A stretch of 64,000 nucleotides of DNA, taken from positions 2,700,627-2,764,626 of the forward strand of contig MU004230.1 in NCBI GenBank assembly GCA_010405405.1. Reading direction: 5' to 3'. Below the pieces are notes generated by a model, which searched no databases, was not told the origin of the DNA, and saw nothing but the letters and a program-made list of their open reading frames with translations. This DNA is from Microthyrium microscopicum (lineage: Eukaryota). The first letter of the stretch is position 1. The number at the start of each line of letters is the position of its first letter. Of the stretch, positions 13,501 to 26,786 are shown piece after piece. A program made the position numbers and the translations under genes.

Positions 13501-16500
13501 TTTATAAATTTAAATATTATTAAAGGTAATAATAATGTTAAATTATAAAAAGAATTTTGCCTTATAAATCTTTGTTAAAGTTTCTATTAAAAGTAGGGGT
13601 ACGTTTTAGTTAGTTAGTATAATTTTATTAAGTCTATAGTAGTTAATATAAATATAAATATTACTATCTAGTTTGCTAATATATAATATAAGTATAGCAT
13701 AATAGGAGATACTTAGTTAGATAAAGCCTTTTCTAAGTATATTCTTAATATATTTCTTAATAACTTATACTTATTAATAAGATATATTATAAAATTTGTA
13801 TATAAGTATTTTTATATTTAGGTTAGTAGTAATAATATAGTTAAAACTTAGTTAGTATAATAGTAGCTTATTAGCTTAATAAGGGTTAAATAAGGAGACG
13901 TAGTAATAAAACTCTAGTAGTATTAATTTTAGTAATTTTTCTTATATTAGTAAATTATAGTTAAGCTTCTCATACTATTTAGTATAGTCTTTAGTAGAGA
14001 TTATAGCAATACTAGTAATATTCTATTAAGAGATAGAGTTAGGATCTTTTTCCTCTTTTAAGGCATTAAAGTCTTCTTAGTAAAGAGCTATAAAATAGTA
14101 ATCTTTACACTATATTATAGCTATAAAGACTTATAGTAATACTATATAGATATTAGGGGTTTCTTTTTATCATTTATTTATAACTACTTAATCTTTATAG
14201 TTAATAATTATTAAGTAATAGGAAGCTATATAGTATCTTATATAATGCTTAAAGTAGAAGCCTAATATATATTAGCCTTTCTAAAGTATAACTTTATACT
14301 TATTTACTTATAAGTTACTAAGAATTATATTATAGTTAATAACTTTTATTATAAAGTAAAGAATCTATTTAAGGTAGATACTAATACGTAATATAATAGC
14401 TACTATATAGGTTATCTTTATAATAGCATAGCTATTAGTTATTTTAGCATAGTAGGGTTAAGTTATCTCTACTAACGAAATACTATAAATTTAGAGGTAA
14501 TAAGGATTAATAATACTAAAGGTACTACTATCTATATTAATTAGGACTTTTATTTTAGTATATATATTATTATTAATAAGAATATTACTAGTAGTACTCT
14601 ACTATTAGCCTATCTTTAGAATAGAATATTTTAGTAATTAGTTAATAAGGATATAAGTTACTAATACGTACATAATAGCTATACCTATAAGGTTACTTTT
14701 AGTTTTAGAATTACTTAGGTAGTTAATAATAGCTTCTATTTAACGTTTTTATTATTTATTATATACTTCTATTTTATTTAGCTCCTCTACGTAATATTAT
14801 AAAGAAGTATTTAGTTTCCCTAGTCCTAGTAGTAATAATTACTATATATTAATAAGTAATTATTTAGTAGGGTTAGATTTTATACTTAAGTATTATCTTA
14901 TTATAAACGAATACTAGTAAGTTTAGTAGTAATATTAGAGTTAGAGAAGACTAGCTTACCTTTATACTTTAAATTCTTATCTTTATAGTTATAACCTTAT
15001 TTACTATATTAGGTATAATAGTAGTCTTATATAAGACGTTAGTATAGAGTAGTTTTATAATATAGTATATAATTAATTTAGTTATTAGTTTAGTTACTAT
15101 TATTATTATTCTAATTACTAGATAGCTTATTATTATTATTAGTTTTATATTTAAGGTTTTAGTTAATAACTTATAATTTATTAATATACTTAGCGATAGT
15201 AGTAGCTTTTAAAAGAAATAAATACTATATAATTTCTTTAATAATTATATACTTAAAGTAAGTAACCTTATTTACTTCTATAAGGCTAGCATTAGTAATT
15301 TTACTATTAAACTTAATAATATATAGAGCAAGCTTCTTAGTCTTCTTTATTTAATTTAAGGAATTTTATAACTAGGTAATAGTATTTTTATAAGTATTAT
15401 ATTTCTAGATATATTAATCTAGGTCTTCTTAAAACTTTATTATATTAAAATATAAGTTTAGTAATTTATATTAAGTATAGTCTTTAATAAACCTAAAGGT
15501 AATATTAAGAGTCTTATTACATACTTAAATAATAGCGTCTAGTTCTATAAGGAATAAAGCTTACTTATTATAAAGATAATCTTTAATATAGAGCTTCTAT
15601 ATAAGATATTATTTAGAGTTATAACTAAAGTATTTACCTAAATTACTCTATTTACATTTCTTACTTTTACTACTAGCTAAGGATCTAGATACTACTAAAG
15701 TTAAGTTATTAGTTTAAATATAAGGAGCTTATTAATAAGAGGAAGGTATTACTTATTTATTATTAGAGTTAAGTTAGTAGATATTCTTTTTAGACTTATA
15801 TATAAACTAACTAAGCTAGTCCTTAAGATTTTTATTCTAAAAGTAAAGAGCTATAATCTTATTATACTTTTTAGTATAAAAAGTACATAGTTATTTAATA
15901 TTATTAAGTACTTTATTAAGTTCCTATTAATTTATATTATAAGTATTCTTTAAATAGAGAATGCGTTTATTATCTTTATAGTTAGCTTTAATTATATAGT
16001 TAAGTTATTAGTAAAGTTAATCTACTTTCTTATATTACTTATTAGCTATAACTATAGTATTATTAAGTTTATTAGTTATATCTTTAACCTTCTATTTATA
16101 GTATTAACTTATATTAGTTATATTATTTAGCTAAGTATAAGTTTCTTAAGTATAAAGATTAGCTACTTATATAAATTTAATATAGCTACGTAGCTACTTA
16201 AATTAAAGTTCTAATAATATTATAATACTATAAAGGAAACCTTTATAAGTCTTAATAACTTCTAAGTATAAATTACTCTAAGTATAATATATAAATATAG
16301 AGTCTAAAGAGACGCTCTTAATAATACTATCTAGAGGGATAGTTTCTTAAGCTTAGAAGGTAACTTCTTTATAAAGAAGTTATATAAAGGGTACTTAAGT
16401 CTCCTTATTAAGAGTAATTAACTAGTAGGTAATAAGATAAGAAGGTATTTAATAGTTTAATAATAACTCTTTAATCTAAGCTTAGTCTATTAGTTAAAAA

Positions 16501-17299
16501 GTAGCAATTAGAGAATCTATAGAGAATACCTTTTCTTTACCTTTAGTCTAGAATCTTAACTAGCTATAAATATAGCTACTCTTAGCAATTTTTAGAATAT
16601 TAGATAGTAAAGGTGCTTTAGTAATAGAATTATAATAAGAGTATAAAGAATTATAATATAAAAAATAACTATAAGGTAGTTCTATAGTAGCATTCTCTTT
16701 ATCATTATTAATCTAGGTATAAAATTATATAATTATAGATTAAGTAGTATTCTAAGTCTCTAATTATTATTACTTATAAAGATAGGATATAAAGTAAGTC
16801 TTATAAGTCTTAATAGTATCTCCTATAGTAAAATAAAAGTTTAATACTAAGTAGGTATAAGTAGCTAGCATAAGTATTAAAAAGTCTTAAGATAAAGTAT
16901 AAATAGGTTATAAAGGTATAATAAGTAATTTAAGAAAAAGAGTAAGTAGTCTAATTTATTATAATTTATCTTTAGGGCTTATTATAATATAGTAGAATAA
17001 ATAAAGTCTTACTATAAATATAGTAGTAAAGAGGAGTAGTAGTAATAAAGAATTATTAACTTATAAGTCTAGTAAGGTAGAAGTTCTAGGTTAACTAAGG
17101 TCTTTTAATTCCTTTAATTAGACACTAGGAGTTTAAGCTTCTAGTAGGGTTAAGGGTTAGGAATTTATGTATTTACTATACTAGTAAGTTAGATCTACTA
17201 GAATCTAAAAATAGGATTCTATATTTATATAGGTAGACGTATTAAATCTTTAGATTTTAATATACTAAAAATTAGGATTATTTTTTAAATAGTATAAGG

Positions 17300-17309
17300 T
17301 ATTAGTTTT
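17300..17309 (-). other. Self-priming primer binding site of element B
   Basis: Minus-strand aaaactaata, 1 nt after the 5' LTR, is complementary to the LTR segment at 17364-17373; an 11th pair (17299/17374) is restorable by one RIP reversion. Confidence 0.7.
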
Positions 17310-17310
17310 A

Positions 17311-17512
17311 TATTAGGAACCTATAAGCGTAAGAGTATAAGCTAATAGTAGATATAATTTAAGAAAACTAATATAAAGAATCTAAAAGAGAGGATAGGGA
17401 ATAGTTATAGGTAAGCTACGCTAGATAATTCTTAGGCGCCAAGCCCTTAGTATTACGTAATAGGGGATACTAATAATATTATAATAGAATTAATAGTAGT
17501 AGATTTATAACA
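17311..17512 (-). repeat. 5' LTR of element B
   Basis: Partner of 10109-10310; ends taaca followed by TSD agtat. Confidence 0.92.
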
Positions 17513-20500
17513 AGTATCCTAAAGCTAAGTCTCTACTTTAACCTAAGTATCTAGTTTAACCTAAGTCTTTAGGTTAAAGTAGTATAGATTTAGCTAGTAA
17601 GTGCTAGGAATTAAGGTATATAGTAATACTAATCTTAAAGTAGGTTAAATATACTATAGTTTTAATAGTAATAGTACTAGTAACAGTAATAGAGTATCCT
17701 TAGAATACTTTAGATATAGTAAAGGAGGTTTAATAAGATTATAAAGCTTAGGATTAATTTAGTTTAATAGGATTTAAAATAACATTACTATTAAATTACT
17801 TAGTAGTAGTTATTAATTTTATATTTTAATTAGAATTACTAACGATAAAAATAGAATTATTTAAATTTAGCTTCTTCTATATATTTAGTATAATTATATA
17901 CTATATCTAGATTAATTCTAGCGTTATTAATTATCTCTTTTACCTTTAACGCGTATAGTGCGTTCAAATTACTTTACGATCTTTATAATAATACTATTCT
18001 ATAGGACTACACTAAAATTAATATAACGTTAAAATATATACCGCGCTAGGCTTTAATAGGTAAAAGATACGCTAATTATTATGCTAAAATCCTACGTTAG
18101 TCGCTTTGGCTGAGCTTTAGCGCTATTTGCAGGATTTTGGCTTTCTAGCCCAAATAGGAAGAGATCTAATCCTACGGCGTTCTCCGAGGGTGCACGATTT
18201 GGGCTGCTAACGCTGCCCAGTAACAGGTCCACAATCTTTTGAAAGTACTAGTGACTTGATATCTACGATCCATATTTCGGAGAGTCAGGATTTAGGAATT
18301 AGTAACCACTTACCTCCCCCGGAATACACGATGGCAAGTAGGCGCGTGTTCTCGTATTCACCCCATCTTTTCCCATTTCCAGAACCCACTGCCTACTTTG
18401 AGCGGCGAAGGTTTTTATGGTTGGGCAGGTTCTCCCTGCTGTGTTATGCATGTCCACCCGCCGCTATGAAAGTAATATAGTGGTCAAAAGCTAGGATGAT
18501 CTTGTCATTGCGATTATGTATCAAGAACAAATATAGCCGTGGCAATAAGGAAGAGGCTTTGCCCCTTCAAAGCTTTGAGCACGAGTATTGCCGGATGCTT
18601 CGAAAGGTCATAACGCTTCTTATATTACGAAGCCAAGGCTAGGTCAATGATCGCTGCTTCCCACATCCGTGGAAAGTTGAGGACTGTGGATGACTCGCCC
18701 AAATTCAGCCCCTAGTCGATGGTCTTCAGCCTAGTTGTACCTTGCTGACAGGCCCATGCCAATGATGCCAGGCTCGGCAACTTTAATATCGTTGACATTG
18801 CGGTACAGAGGGTACTTAGGCCTGGAGGTATTCTCAGTGCATTCTGATATGATTAGGTGCAGTGGATATAGACAGCATTGTACACGTCTCTTGTCAAGAT
18901 AATGACAAGTGTACGCGGCGCTAGAGCAATGCAAAATAGAAACCTGCACCTTAGCTAGCGGAGAAATGAACAAGGTGACGAACCGTTGGTTTACGGCAAC
19001 GGCACAAGAAAATAATGCGAGCAGGTAAACTGCAGAAGAGGAAATGCCAAAATGTAGGAGACATGGCGTTGCGGTCGCTGCGCGCCAAAAACGCCACTGC
19101 CACGAGCTCGCAGAAAGGGTACCCACTAACGTTGGTTCATCCACTGCCTTCCCTGATCAACTGTCGGGTGTGATTGGTTTGTAATTCTATTGTTGAACGA
19201 AATAATCCAAAACACGGTAATATCCTTCCCATATATTGCATCAGAGTCCAGTGTCTGTATAGCGAGTTGGAGATTGAGACGCAGCAATAGCTATGATATC
19301 TCACGGCAATTCGGTACCGCGTACGGAGTATCATCGTCAAACTGAGTGCGGCTATCAAACGCATCCGCGCTGGTTCCACTTAACACGCGAGTACACCGTA
19401 GTAGGGTAGTCAGTCACGGAAATTTATCAGCCCGTACTACTTTCCAAGTCGGTATCGGGTCTGTTTGAACAGACCGCATTTCGTAAAATTATACACACAA
19501 CTTACAAGTAGTATTCCGACCTTGCACAACCATTTGGGATCAAAGACGAAGAAACCGTACCGAGTGGCTTCGCGAATCGTGAAAGGCCCGTTTACGAGCC
19601 CAAGCACACCCAGTCAAGCCCGTTTGAATCCCCCATGAGAACCAAAATGGCCCCGGGCATTTGATGGCAGGCAAGGCACTTGATGGCAAGGCAGGTTGGT
19701 CAACAGGCGGATGCTAGCGGGATTGGAGACGCCTCTAAGTCCACTGGTGCACAAGTGGGCCTAGATGAATTGAACATCAAAAGTCTTGACTGAGCAACAG
19801 GTACGCCAGAATACCAATGCTTAATCGGGGTAATTAGTGTAGGATGTAGTAATCGTTCAACTCTCTTCTTAGACAACAACTCTTTTCTCAACCAACAACT
19901 TTCTTCTTAGCAAGTAACTACTCTCTTTTCAGACAACAAACTTTCTGTCCCCTACGTCTGTTTTCCTCTTCTCTTCTCATCTCTTCTCTTCTTCTCAATG
20001 CTGCTGGTGCTACAGGTACTTCCCCTTTAGTATCCAAAAGCCGACCTCAGCTATTGTTTCTGTTTATACTCCTTATGACTTCTCCGCTTACGTCCACCTC
20101 ATTCATGCCTGAGCTGCACAACGCATGAAGTGCCAGAGCTTTCGCTCTCGCCACAGCCTTGTCAACCATTGCTTGCCTTTCTGCATCCCCTCGAAACGAC
20201 CTGCCCCAGTGTTGCCGCTTTAGAAAATCCCTGCTCTGTCCAGCCGACTACCTTTATTGGGTGACCTGCCTACTGCACCCAGCAAGTCTAGGATTGTTCC
20301 CTCCTCGACCATCTTCCCTGCGAATCCAGTGCCCACAAGCCTAGAAGCCGGAGGCGACTCCTGCACTGGCATAGCGTCCGCATTAAACGGTTTTCTTCTC
20401 TGTTGCTTGTCTGCTCTGTGCTTTGCTGTTGGGTGCTTGGTCTTTGGTGCTTGGTCCTGGGGATCTGTGCCTGTCTGCCCCCTCATATACCTTTCTTGCT

Positions 20501-20663
20501 GGCCCTGCGCGATAGCGCGGTCCCTTCACTGATCACTTCATTTTCAATTGCGCCTCTAAATCACTTTCCTTCTGCCCTGGTTCTCCATACTCGCTTCCGT
20601 CTTCTGCAAAACATCCTTTGAAACGTCATAGAGCGCCGAGACGCGCGGGCACACAACTGGTCC

Positions 20664-23600
20664 ATGTCAAGCGAATTCCGCTTCATGACGAGCGGGCGAA
20701 GAGGACCGAGGAAGCAGTCTCACCACACAACTGGTGAATCTGTCAAATCAAATCTGGAAAAACTCGGCTTTCTAACCGATCCCAAGCCCAAGGACTCTTC
20801 CAAACATTTGAAAAGCTCTGATACTTATTCCGCATCCCGGATTACCGACGGCAACATCAGTAAGACTCTCTCGCCGATTGTTTTTTTTCTTTGTTTCCCA
20901 AGACATGTGCCTCCGCAAATCGTTTGGATATATGCTTTTCTACAAACTATGCTGACCCTGTCCCGTTTAGGCAGAACGACTTCTCGTAGCTCGCGAGGGT
21001 CCGCAGACCGCCCATCTGCGAGGTCATCATCCTCCAAAAAAGGCATGGCATCACTGATGGATATCGATCATTCCCGCGGTAGAAAAGATCGAACCTTTAT
21101 TGGAGGAGAATGTGCAGTTTGTGAAGAGCAGTTGGAACTAACACTTCGCGGCGAGCGCATCCTTCAGCTATCATGTGGCCACATTGCTCATGAAGCATGC
21201 TTTTACGAATACCTGCGAGAATTCGACTCTCATGCCTGTCCAATATGCAATGCGCCATTGTCCTTGGACTCTAGTCGAGGTGGAAGTGTTCCCAACATAG
21301 GTATGGCTTCCAGTTGTGAAGTTGATCAATTCTAATAATGTGCAGATATTCTTAGTAGTGCAGTTCGCCAGGAAAGCTCCGGTCAACAGAGCTCTTACGG
21401 TCCTAGTGCGATTAGTCAAAGAGATATACCTTCCGCAACCCCATGGGACGACCGCACAATTACCGAATCTCAGCATGTATCGTCGCAGCGAGCGGCGGAG
21501 ACTGATCTATCGAGGAACCGGTCTATAGGACGATCTACCCGGATGAATACAATATCTGAAGTACAACACAGTCGTAATGGAAGCGCGGTCACAAATGCGT
21601 TGTCGGCTGGAGATTATCAAGAACAAAATACTGGCATGGCTGGCCGCAAGCACGATTACGATGTCCAATCTATGGAAGCTTCCCTCACAAGTCCCCGAAC
21701 AGCATCAGTCACCGCGATTTCGGCTCCGATTGTCACTGTACGCAGCGAATTTCCCACCCTAACGCGATCCCGACAATCTCAAAGCTTAACCTGCTTGATC
21801 ACCGTGGAAGTAAATGAGGCTCCATGGAGAAATGATATTATGAGCGGCGCACCGACTATGATAGGAAGCGGCAGTGATTATGGCAGCAATCTTCGGTCTC
21901 CCCCTTTGCCTGTACAACCACACAGTCAAGGCACGCAGCTAGAATCACCAGAAGAGCTGGAACGTGTCACCAAGGAGCTGCACAATCGCGTTGATAATTG
22001 GCATGGATTGGATCTCGCTCGGTATGCTCGGTATCTTGCCATGTGCTATATTTGCACTTGCCCAAAGCGTTCGTATCGGCTAACCCTATATTAGATTTGG
22101 AAGTCTTCGCGTACATACCCATATCCGTGTCGGCAAGGATCGCCGCGTCTGGCAGGACCTGGACTGCTATCTTTTCACTGATATGCTAATATGTGTCAAA
22201 GAGCGCAAGCCAGCGCAAAATTCCCAGGGCGACGGACCAGTGCCTGCCGATTCCAGGCGATCTAAATGCACACTCAAGGGTTCGATATTAATAAGGAAGC
22301 ATTTGAAGCACATTGATATGTCACCAGGTAGGCATTCCCATCGTCTTTTCACTGCCTCTTTATCTTCATTTTGGACAAAATATGCTGACTCTGAAATTCA
22401 GAAGACAATGTTTTAACCCTGACTTTATCCGTGTCCGAACTCCCGGCTTTCTATCTTCAATTCCGCAACCGTGCCCAGTTGGAGCTGTGGCGAAGGGCAT
22501 TATTAGACATCAATAATCCCCAACCCCAGTCAGCCGCTCGGGCTCTTGACTATGACCTCGACAACTCTGGCACAGATGACGAAGATTACAAGACGAGCCA
22601 GAATCAACGTTTGTCATCCGTTACCTCTTCCTATGGTGGCGCTAAGTCGAACAATACAGCCCCGACTGAGTATTCGAATTCCCGAGTCGGAAGTGGGAAT
22701 GTCCGTCTTCCCCAGTCCCCCCATGTCCCGATTGATATCGTCGTGGTTATCCCAGTCAGTTCGTCTATGCAGGGCCTGAAGATTACGCTCCTTCGCGATG
22801 CACTTCGATTCCTTGTTTCCAATCTCGGCGATAGGGATCGCATGGGACTCGTTACGTTTGGCTCTAATAATGGTGGCATGCCTGTTGTTGGTATGACCAG
22901 TAAAACATGGGGTGGATGGTCCAAAGTGCTTGATTCCATCAGACCAGTTGGACAGAAGAGTCTCCGAGCCGATGTTGTAGAGGGCGCGAACTGGGCCATG
23001 GACATGCTCATGCAAAGACGATCCGCGAATCCTCTTGCTGCCATCATGCTAATCAGCGACTCTGCTACTTCGGATCTAGAAAGCGTTGACTTTGTTGTTC
23101 AGCGAGCGGAGGCTGCAAAGTAAGTTTGGTTTCATCCCCTGATCACCAAAATCTAATCTGAGCCAGGGTCGCAATCCATTCATTTGGTCTGGGCGTGATT
23201 CACAAACCTGATACAATGATCGAATTATCTACCAGGACCAAGGCATCATACACGTACATTAAGGACTGGATGATGCTGCGCGAATGCCTCGCAGGTGTTT
23301 TTGGCTCCTTGCAGTCCACTTCACACCAAAACGTCAAACTTCGTCTTCAACTACCGGAAGGTTCGCCGGCAAAATTTGTGAAAATCAGCGGTGCTTTGCA
23401 TTATACCAAGAGAGCAACTGGAAAAGATGCGGAAGCTGCACTAGGAGACTTGCGATTCGGTGATAAGCGAGATATTCTCGTTCAACTTTTGATTGAGCCG
23501 GACAACTCTTCGAGCGAGCCAACACCACACGATGCTTGGGAATCAATAGTTTCTGGACTCGAGGCCTTGAGCGGATCATTGGACTCAGAAGAGCAACGAA

Positions 23601-24478
23601 ACCTGTCGGTGGAGGAGATTCCTTTGATCCAGGCCGATCTAACTTATGGTGAACCACAACGTGATGGACGAGCGGTACAATTACCCAGGCCGAGTCTATT
23701 GACGATCACTATGCTCCCACCAAATCCAAGAGCGAAATCATCGTCTGGTGGACGTCCCGGATCGCCACCAATCCCTCCACATCCCCACGTTGTGCAACGA
23801 AGAATGGAGCTTTTAACGTCTGATATGCTGACTCGAGCTCTGACTCTAGTGTCCAGGGGTCAGCATGAACGGGCGCAGCACCTGCTCACTGAAACCAGGA
23901 GTATTCTTAAAGGTTTGGGCAAGGGAGGCCTCCCACCGCTTCCCCCTCTTCCGCCAAACTCTGCTGGTTCTCGACCGCAAGGCCAATTACCGGTGTCCGC
24001 CAATGGCGGTGCATCCCCTACGTCTCCTGGCGCATCAAGCAATCCCAATCGCCAGAGCACTGAAAATCCTGAAAGATCAGACCAGCGCACTCCCTCGCCG
24101 CCTCAGTCCATGCTGCCTCCAACAAGTCCTGGCCCTCCTTCCACCGCTGGACTTAGTGCTGGACTCGGATCTGGATTCCCTCCACCAAGTTCAATCATCG
24201 ATTCTCAGACGGTAGCAGCTCTTGAGGCAGAGTTGGATAGTTCATTGGAATGGATCAGCCATCCGGCAGTCTTTAGTAGAGATTCTCGGAAAGCTGTTCT
24301 TCAAGCCATTGGGGTTATCAGCTCGCAACGTGGCTATACTTTCCGCACGCCCATTGAATCGCTCTGGGCTGAGCGGATTGGTGGCATCAAAAGGCTTGCT
24401 GAACGAGCGAGAGAATGGAGAGAAGTTACGAACGAGAGTGGACATCGAGATCCATCTGTCGTCATGGAAGAAACTTGA
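20664..24478 (+). CDS. RING finger - PH - von Willebrand A domain protein (Far1/Ste5-like signalling scaffold)
   Basis: Six exons: 20664-20859, 20971-21300, 21346-22021, 22095-22327, 22402-23119, 23167-24478, all GT-AG. RING CAVC...LSCGHIAHEACF...CPIC; PH-like WQDLDCYLFTDMLICVKE...QLELWRRAL; vWA IDIVVVIPVSSSM...DRMGLVTFG...IMLISD. Confidence 0.85.
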
Positions 24479-26786
24479 TACCCCCTATGGCTTTTCTTTG
24501 AGCGGTACATCATTGCTATTTGGTATTTCAGTATTTGGCGTTACATTTTACCCTGCACCATACCCCCACATATTTCATTTTGGAGTTTCTGGTGGGTATT
24601 TTTCACATTTTGGATCTCCAGGTGCTCCTGAGCGGCAGCCATTTTCTCCTAACGAAAGATACCACATTAAATGAAACTGACCTTTTTTTTTTATATTTGG
24701 TAATGCTTGTATTATAAGATTTTTCCCGAGATATAGTTCTTTATGATGTCACTAGGTAGTCATCATAACAATTGAGGTTGATATCATGAGCCTTGAGATC
24801 TTCCCGCACATACACTATCCCTTTCTCGCTCAACATCCGAAAATCGTTGATCATGATCTTCGCACATCACACGATAATAGAAGGGTTTTTCCGAAGTCGT
24901 CAGGCCACCACTTGCATTCTATCTACCTATCTATCCATGGTTACCACGTTCCATTACTGCATGCCGTTTCCTAGCAATCTCGCCTCCATATTCTCAGGCC
25001 TGAGGTTTATTAATGCCCACAAACTTACGAACATGTGGAAAGGTCTGACTTTTGCACACCTGCTGTATCATGTATGCCATGAATAACGATGCTTTGCAGA
25101 GCAGGCTTGACCGTCCCTGAACTACTCTGACCTGACTCGAGTCGTGGGCCGTGGCGTTCCCCTCATTCCGGCTGGATCATTCCACCTCCGCGGGGCGTAA
25201 AGAGTGCATAACGACCTGGCATGCTCTGTAAATGGGTTGCCGGGACCTTGAGATGAGCCAAAGGAGAGGAGTTGCGGTACTTAAGCGCCTCTACGGAATC
25301 CTTCTGCACGAGGTAGCTGGCTGCATGCGAGGACATTGGCCGGATTAAGCTCGTTGAGAATTAGGTACCATTGTACCTCTACTTTCGAATCCCTTGTCGT
25401 TGCATAGAGAATATGCACAAACTGTCTAGCGACTTGATCGAGAGAAGCTATATTGGACTACTAGCTCAAAAAGCTGATACAAGTAAGCCCCAAAGCGGCT
25501 GATAGTTCAGGTCAACGAGCAGAATGTCAAGAGGATCGCGAGTATTTGCGGACCATATACTTCAGGTTCTGCCGATGAGATTGCAGCAAGTGTTTCAAAG
25601 ATAGAGTGAATCTCTTTTGGTCGACCAAATTCTCCGCTACTGTAAAACTATAAGATGTGCTTCATATAACTTCAAAGGACCGATAAGAAAAGAGTTATCC
25701 AACTACACTTCGTGAAACCATTGATTTCTTCCTCAACAGTAAAAAATAAAGCAGTCCTGACAACAACATCCGTTTCTATGGATGATGATCACTTGATGGT
25801 TATATCAAGTAGAATAGGGGGCATATTTGCATGCACAATATAAACACAACACCACACGCTATCTTTCCTTCAAGAGCCATATACGTCACTTGTCAGTTTA
25901 CCAGCAAGTAATGTGCTGTGAGAAATACCTGTGCTCCCAATGAGCAACCATCGGAGATCTATAACAATCCGAGAATGGTCAGTGATTGTATACAATGAGA
26001 CGGATCTCAGAATACCAATCTGGATTATTTCAAGTCAAATTACGTATGTCAAGCCCAAATTCGCTCATGATCATCCTGATAAGTCATCTAGTGAGCAGTC
26101 ACTGAGAGCTTCTGTAAGGAAACTGTCTCTTCCGGGCACGGCATCTGCTTTATTGTCTTCACTTGACCGCATTCCAGGCCGTTTTGATCCTGCCGATCAA
26201 ATGACCCGATACCTACCTGCTATCGAATGACCCGTTCCTACATGCCGTTCCTCCGAAGATATGATGTCTCATTGTGCCAGATGCGAAATTTGATGAGCGT
26301 CGGCAGTCTCACCATGGCCTCCAAATCGCGCCTTATTAGTGATAAGGTTCTTCAAGCGTTGGTTTTGCCATTTCTTTCGCACCGGGTATTATAGGAGCGC
26401 CATTCTGTCTGTAGCTTAGCGTAATCATCATGGCAGGAACTCCACCGCTCTTTCCGCTTTGACGCAAGAATCCAAAGCATTCAACCAATGGACTGCGGAA
26501 CCAATTTCGATCTTGAAGTCGCACACACAACTCTCAAATGCATGAGGCCTTCTGATTTTCTTGCTTTGGCTGACTGTATTGTGCCGATCTGATATCATTT
26601 CAGACTTGGTCTTGATAAGTTGGTTACACCAGCAGCGACCTGTCCAGCAGCCCGATAACCATTTTGCATCTCTTGGGTTTGGAATTAGAACGCAGATTTT
26701 CTATATTAGTTGGATATGTTTCTTGGATTTTCTTGCTCCCATGCTTCTCTTCCACATCATTGATCATTAGCTCATATTTTGCTATC

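Larger units (their letters stand above)
10109..17512 (-). mobile_element. Ty3/Gypsy chromovirus LTR retrotransposon B, full length (7404 bp), RIP-inactivated
   Basis: 202-bp LTRs at 10109-10310 and 17311-17512 (tgtta...taaca); perfect TSD agtat (10104-10108, 17513-17517); minus-strand PPT agagaagggag at 10324-10314. Minus-strand RT relic AKFF..F.II..F..I.I.KGD..KT.F..RY.LF..LV..F (~13560-13420), YLNNVLI = YLDDVLI (~13350), chromodomain-like L*YKV*FIG*DD*N (~10800-10740). Confidence 0.93.
1..18100. repeat. AT-rich, RIP-degraded transposon block
   Basis: Extreme TpA excess and CpA/TpG depletion; the ORF track has no ORF before 18256; LTR pairs differ only by C/T and G/A transitions; composition returns to normal around 18100-18250 (boundary approximate). 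Confidence 0.95.

Noticed and set aside
18147..18252. Possible Helitron 3' end (hairpin near 18200-18219, CTAG|T at 18248-18252) at the RIP boundary
   Set aside because: The hairpin is imperfect and ~30 nt from CTAG, further than typical, and no Rep/helicase relic is recognisable.
19398..19522. Cluster of small hairpins (gtagta...tactac; ggtctgtttgaacagacc)
   Set aside because: Stems are short and I recognise no tRNA, snRNA or snoRNA boxes.
18256..20621. Short ORFs upstream of the RING-PH-vWA gene, including a hydrophobic Cys-rich one at 20257-20532
   Set aside because: No recognisable motifs, mostly non-ATG starts; explained by pyrimidine-rich promoter/5' UTR composition.
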